Below, one piece after another: positions 62,350 to 64,000 of a stretch of 64,000 nt of DNA. The notes under the pieces are model-generated. The model was not told where the DNA came from, searched no databases, and saw only the letters and a list, made by a program, of their open reading frames with translations. Origin of the DNA: Amoebophrya sp. A120. Lineage: Eukaryota > Protista > Dinoflagellata. The stretch lies in NCBI GenBank assembly GCA_905178155.1, contig CAJINV010000002.1, forward strand, positions 2,378,162 through 2,442,161, read 5' to 3'. Within the stretch, counting starts at the first letter, position 1; the number at the start of each line of letters is the position of its first letter. A program made the position numbers and the translations under genes.

Positions 62350-64000
62350 CTAATCCATCGCATTCACATCTTCGTAAGAACTCAACGGAATTTTTTCATG
62401 ACTACTCGCCTTCCCTCCCCCACCACCAGTACCTCCTACGACGGAAGCCTGCTTCACAAGCTTCTCCTTCTCTTTCACGACCGGAGGTGCGGCTCTAGTA
62501 TTACAACTTGTTCCGGTCGTGTCTTCTTCACTTTTAGAAGTTGACATTTGTACTCCCTTAGCGGTTGAATCCGAACCATCACCAACCTTCGCGTTCTCCA
62601 CGTCGTCCATATCGATTCCCCGTTCCTTCGCAACCTCTTTGATCCACTCGTCCATGGATTTTTTGTCGTCGCCAAACTGTTCGTATGCATTGCAAACATG
62701 TCGGCGTCTGGAAATATTGCGAGATTTGTCGTGCTAGTCTGGCATTTGACTCTGAGCTCTGTATTGCGTGGCCACAAAGTAGAGTTCCACTGGTCTAATA
62801 TTTATCATGCATCAACGCAGTTTCTCATGCGGACTACACAACACAGAGACACGAAAAAATCTGTCATGCTTGGCGGTGAATTAGTACAGTGTGCTTACCA
62901 AATATAGCCGCCGGGGCGGAGGTAGTGAGGTTGTGGGCGTTTTCTTGCCGGCCATCGCCTTGGCCGCGGCCTTGCTTTTTTTGGGCTCGCCATGCCGCCG
63001 TGAGTAACGTTAGGCCGCACGGTATGGCGGCCGCTCGATAAACGTCGCAGCCTTTGGCAAATCTCCGAAATTCCTTTCCGAAAGCTAGCCCCCATGCTAT
63101 GGAGCCGATCCGGGCGCCACGGGGGGCGCCCAAAAAGCGAAGGAAAATCGGGCCCATAGCATGCGGATTGGCTTTGCGCGTCCGGGGCGCTTTTTCTTTT
63201 TCGCGTTTCTATATTTCCCTCCGGCGCTTTTTGCAAAGCTTCCCAGGCTCTGAAACCGGCGAAAAGGCGGCCGCTTTCGCGGCCGCCCAAAATGCTCCAA
63301 AATCGCGGCCGTGCCATGCTGTTTCGCTGTTCTGACTTTGGGCGAGTTTTTTGCGCGCCCCTTTTTGGGCGGCCCAAACCGCCAGAAACCAAGGCGGTGG
63401 GCGCCGCAGAAGGGCGCCCCTTTTGCCGGCTCCCCTGCGTCGTTTTATCAAGTGCGAATCGATAGTTTTCGACCGGGCTTGTTTGACTTCAAAGCCCCGG
63501 CCGCTTAATAATTGGAAATCTTTTATGTCAAAGAACGCTTCCGGCCGCTTGAAAACTGCCGGTCGTTTTTCAGGGTATATGTCAAAAAAACTCCCCGGTT
63601 AGAACCGTTCGGTGACCTCACTACATACTATTCGCTGACCTGCATTACAAGTTTCCAGGCGCCGACCACATATTTGCAATGCATATTTCGTTTTTCAACA
63701 AATGCTCGTTTTCCGGATCCTCCTCCAACCGCGGGATGGCGATCATGTCCTGCAGTCTCTGCATCTCCTCCTTCGTTTCCTTGGTGAAAATCGTCTCCAT
63801 CTGCTGTGTATGCATTACAAAAGCATCGCACTAGCACTACGTAGAAATCGCATGACAAATTCTGTGAAGAACAAAAGTGGGATTTGTAATGCTGAATTAG
63901 GTACAGAAACTAGATTTGTCATGCGCGGCTGCAATTTATACGTAGTACAATACTTCTGCAATGCATACTGCGTCGCGATCTGCTTCCACTGGCCCTTGTA
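62350..64000 (-). CDS. 3' part of an unknown acidic protein gene (5' end beyond window)
   Basis: QMETIFTKETKEEMQRLQDMIAIPRLEEDPENEHLLKNE joins in frame to QFGDDKKSMDEWIKEV after removing two introners. Confidence 0.65.
62684..63685. mobile_element. Family A introner enlarged by a nested insertion
   Basis: tatgcattgcaaacatgtc...catatttgcaatgcata; TSD gttcg/tttcg; frame restored. Confidence 0.85.
62898..63628 (-). mobile_element. Helentron/HINE-like non-autonomous element nested in an introner
   Basis: Asymmetric sub-terminal inverted repeat gtagtgaggt (62922-62931) / acctcactac (63615-63624), plus a small GC palindrome at 62908-62919. Boundaries approximate. Confidence 0.55.
63809..63967. 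mobile_element. Family B introner (divergent)
   Basis: B-type TIR; TSD ctgtg/ctgcg. Confidence 0.85.

Noticed and set aside
61005-63602. Long overlapping ORFs in several frames within the GC islands
   Set aside because: Low-complexity GC-driven open frames with no recognisable domain; one island lies inside an introner.
1-64000. An autonomous transposase or recombinase that could mobilise the introners
   Set aside because: No DDE, tyrosine recombinase, Rep/Helicase or reverse transcriptase motifs were recognisable in any ORF in the window.

Overview
Eukaryotic DNA, most consistent with a syndinian dinoflagellate parasite such as Amoebophrya (inferred from architecture, not from a database search). 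It holds about 11 protein-coding genes, all on the minus strand: a giant Cys-module secreted-type protein, a DUF4397-like membrane protein, an alpha/beta hydrolase, a class I SAM methyltransferase, an RRxS-repeat membrane protein, two unknown proteins, Vps41, a rhomboid protease, an NME8-type thioredoxin and a partial gene. The main feature is about 65 short (145-330 nt) non-autonomous terminal-inverted-repeat elements, which I sorted by hand into about 12 sequence families (A-L, my labels), all inserted inside genes. Nearly all begin TAT and end ATA, and they are flanked by a 5-bp target-site duplication (TSD) of arbitrary sequence. Most share a TAT-N7-AAA(A) end signature and carry many copies of a TGT(C/G/A)ATGC-type octamer. 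They occur in both orientations. At every junction I translated, removing the element plus one TSD copy restored the reading frame, so they behave as non-canonical transposon-derived introns (introners) or IES-like excised segments. Three introners carry nested insertions: a 5'-truncated poly(A) retroelement with a 17-bp TSD on the shared octamer, a Helentron-like element and a GC-rich repeat element. I found no transposase, CRISPR array or RNA gene. All coordinates and joins were made by hand.
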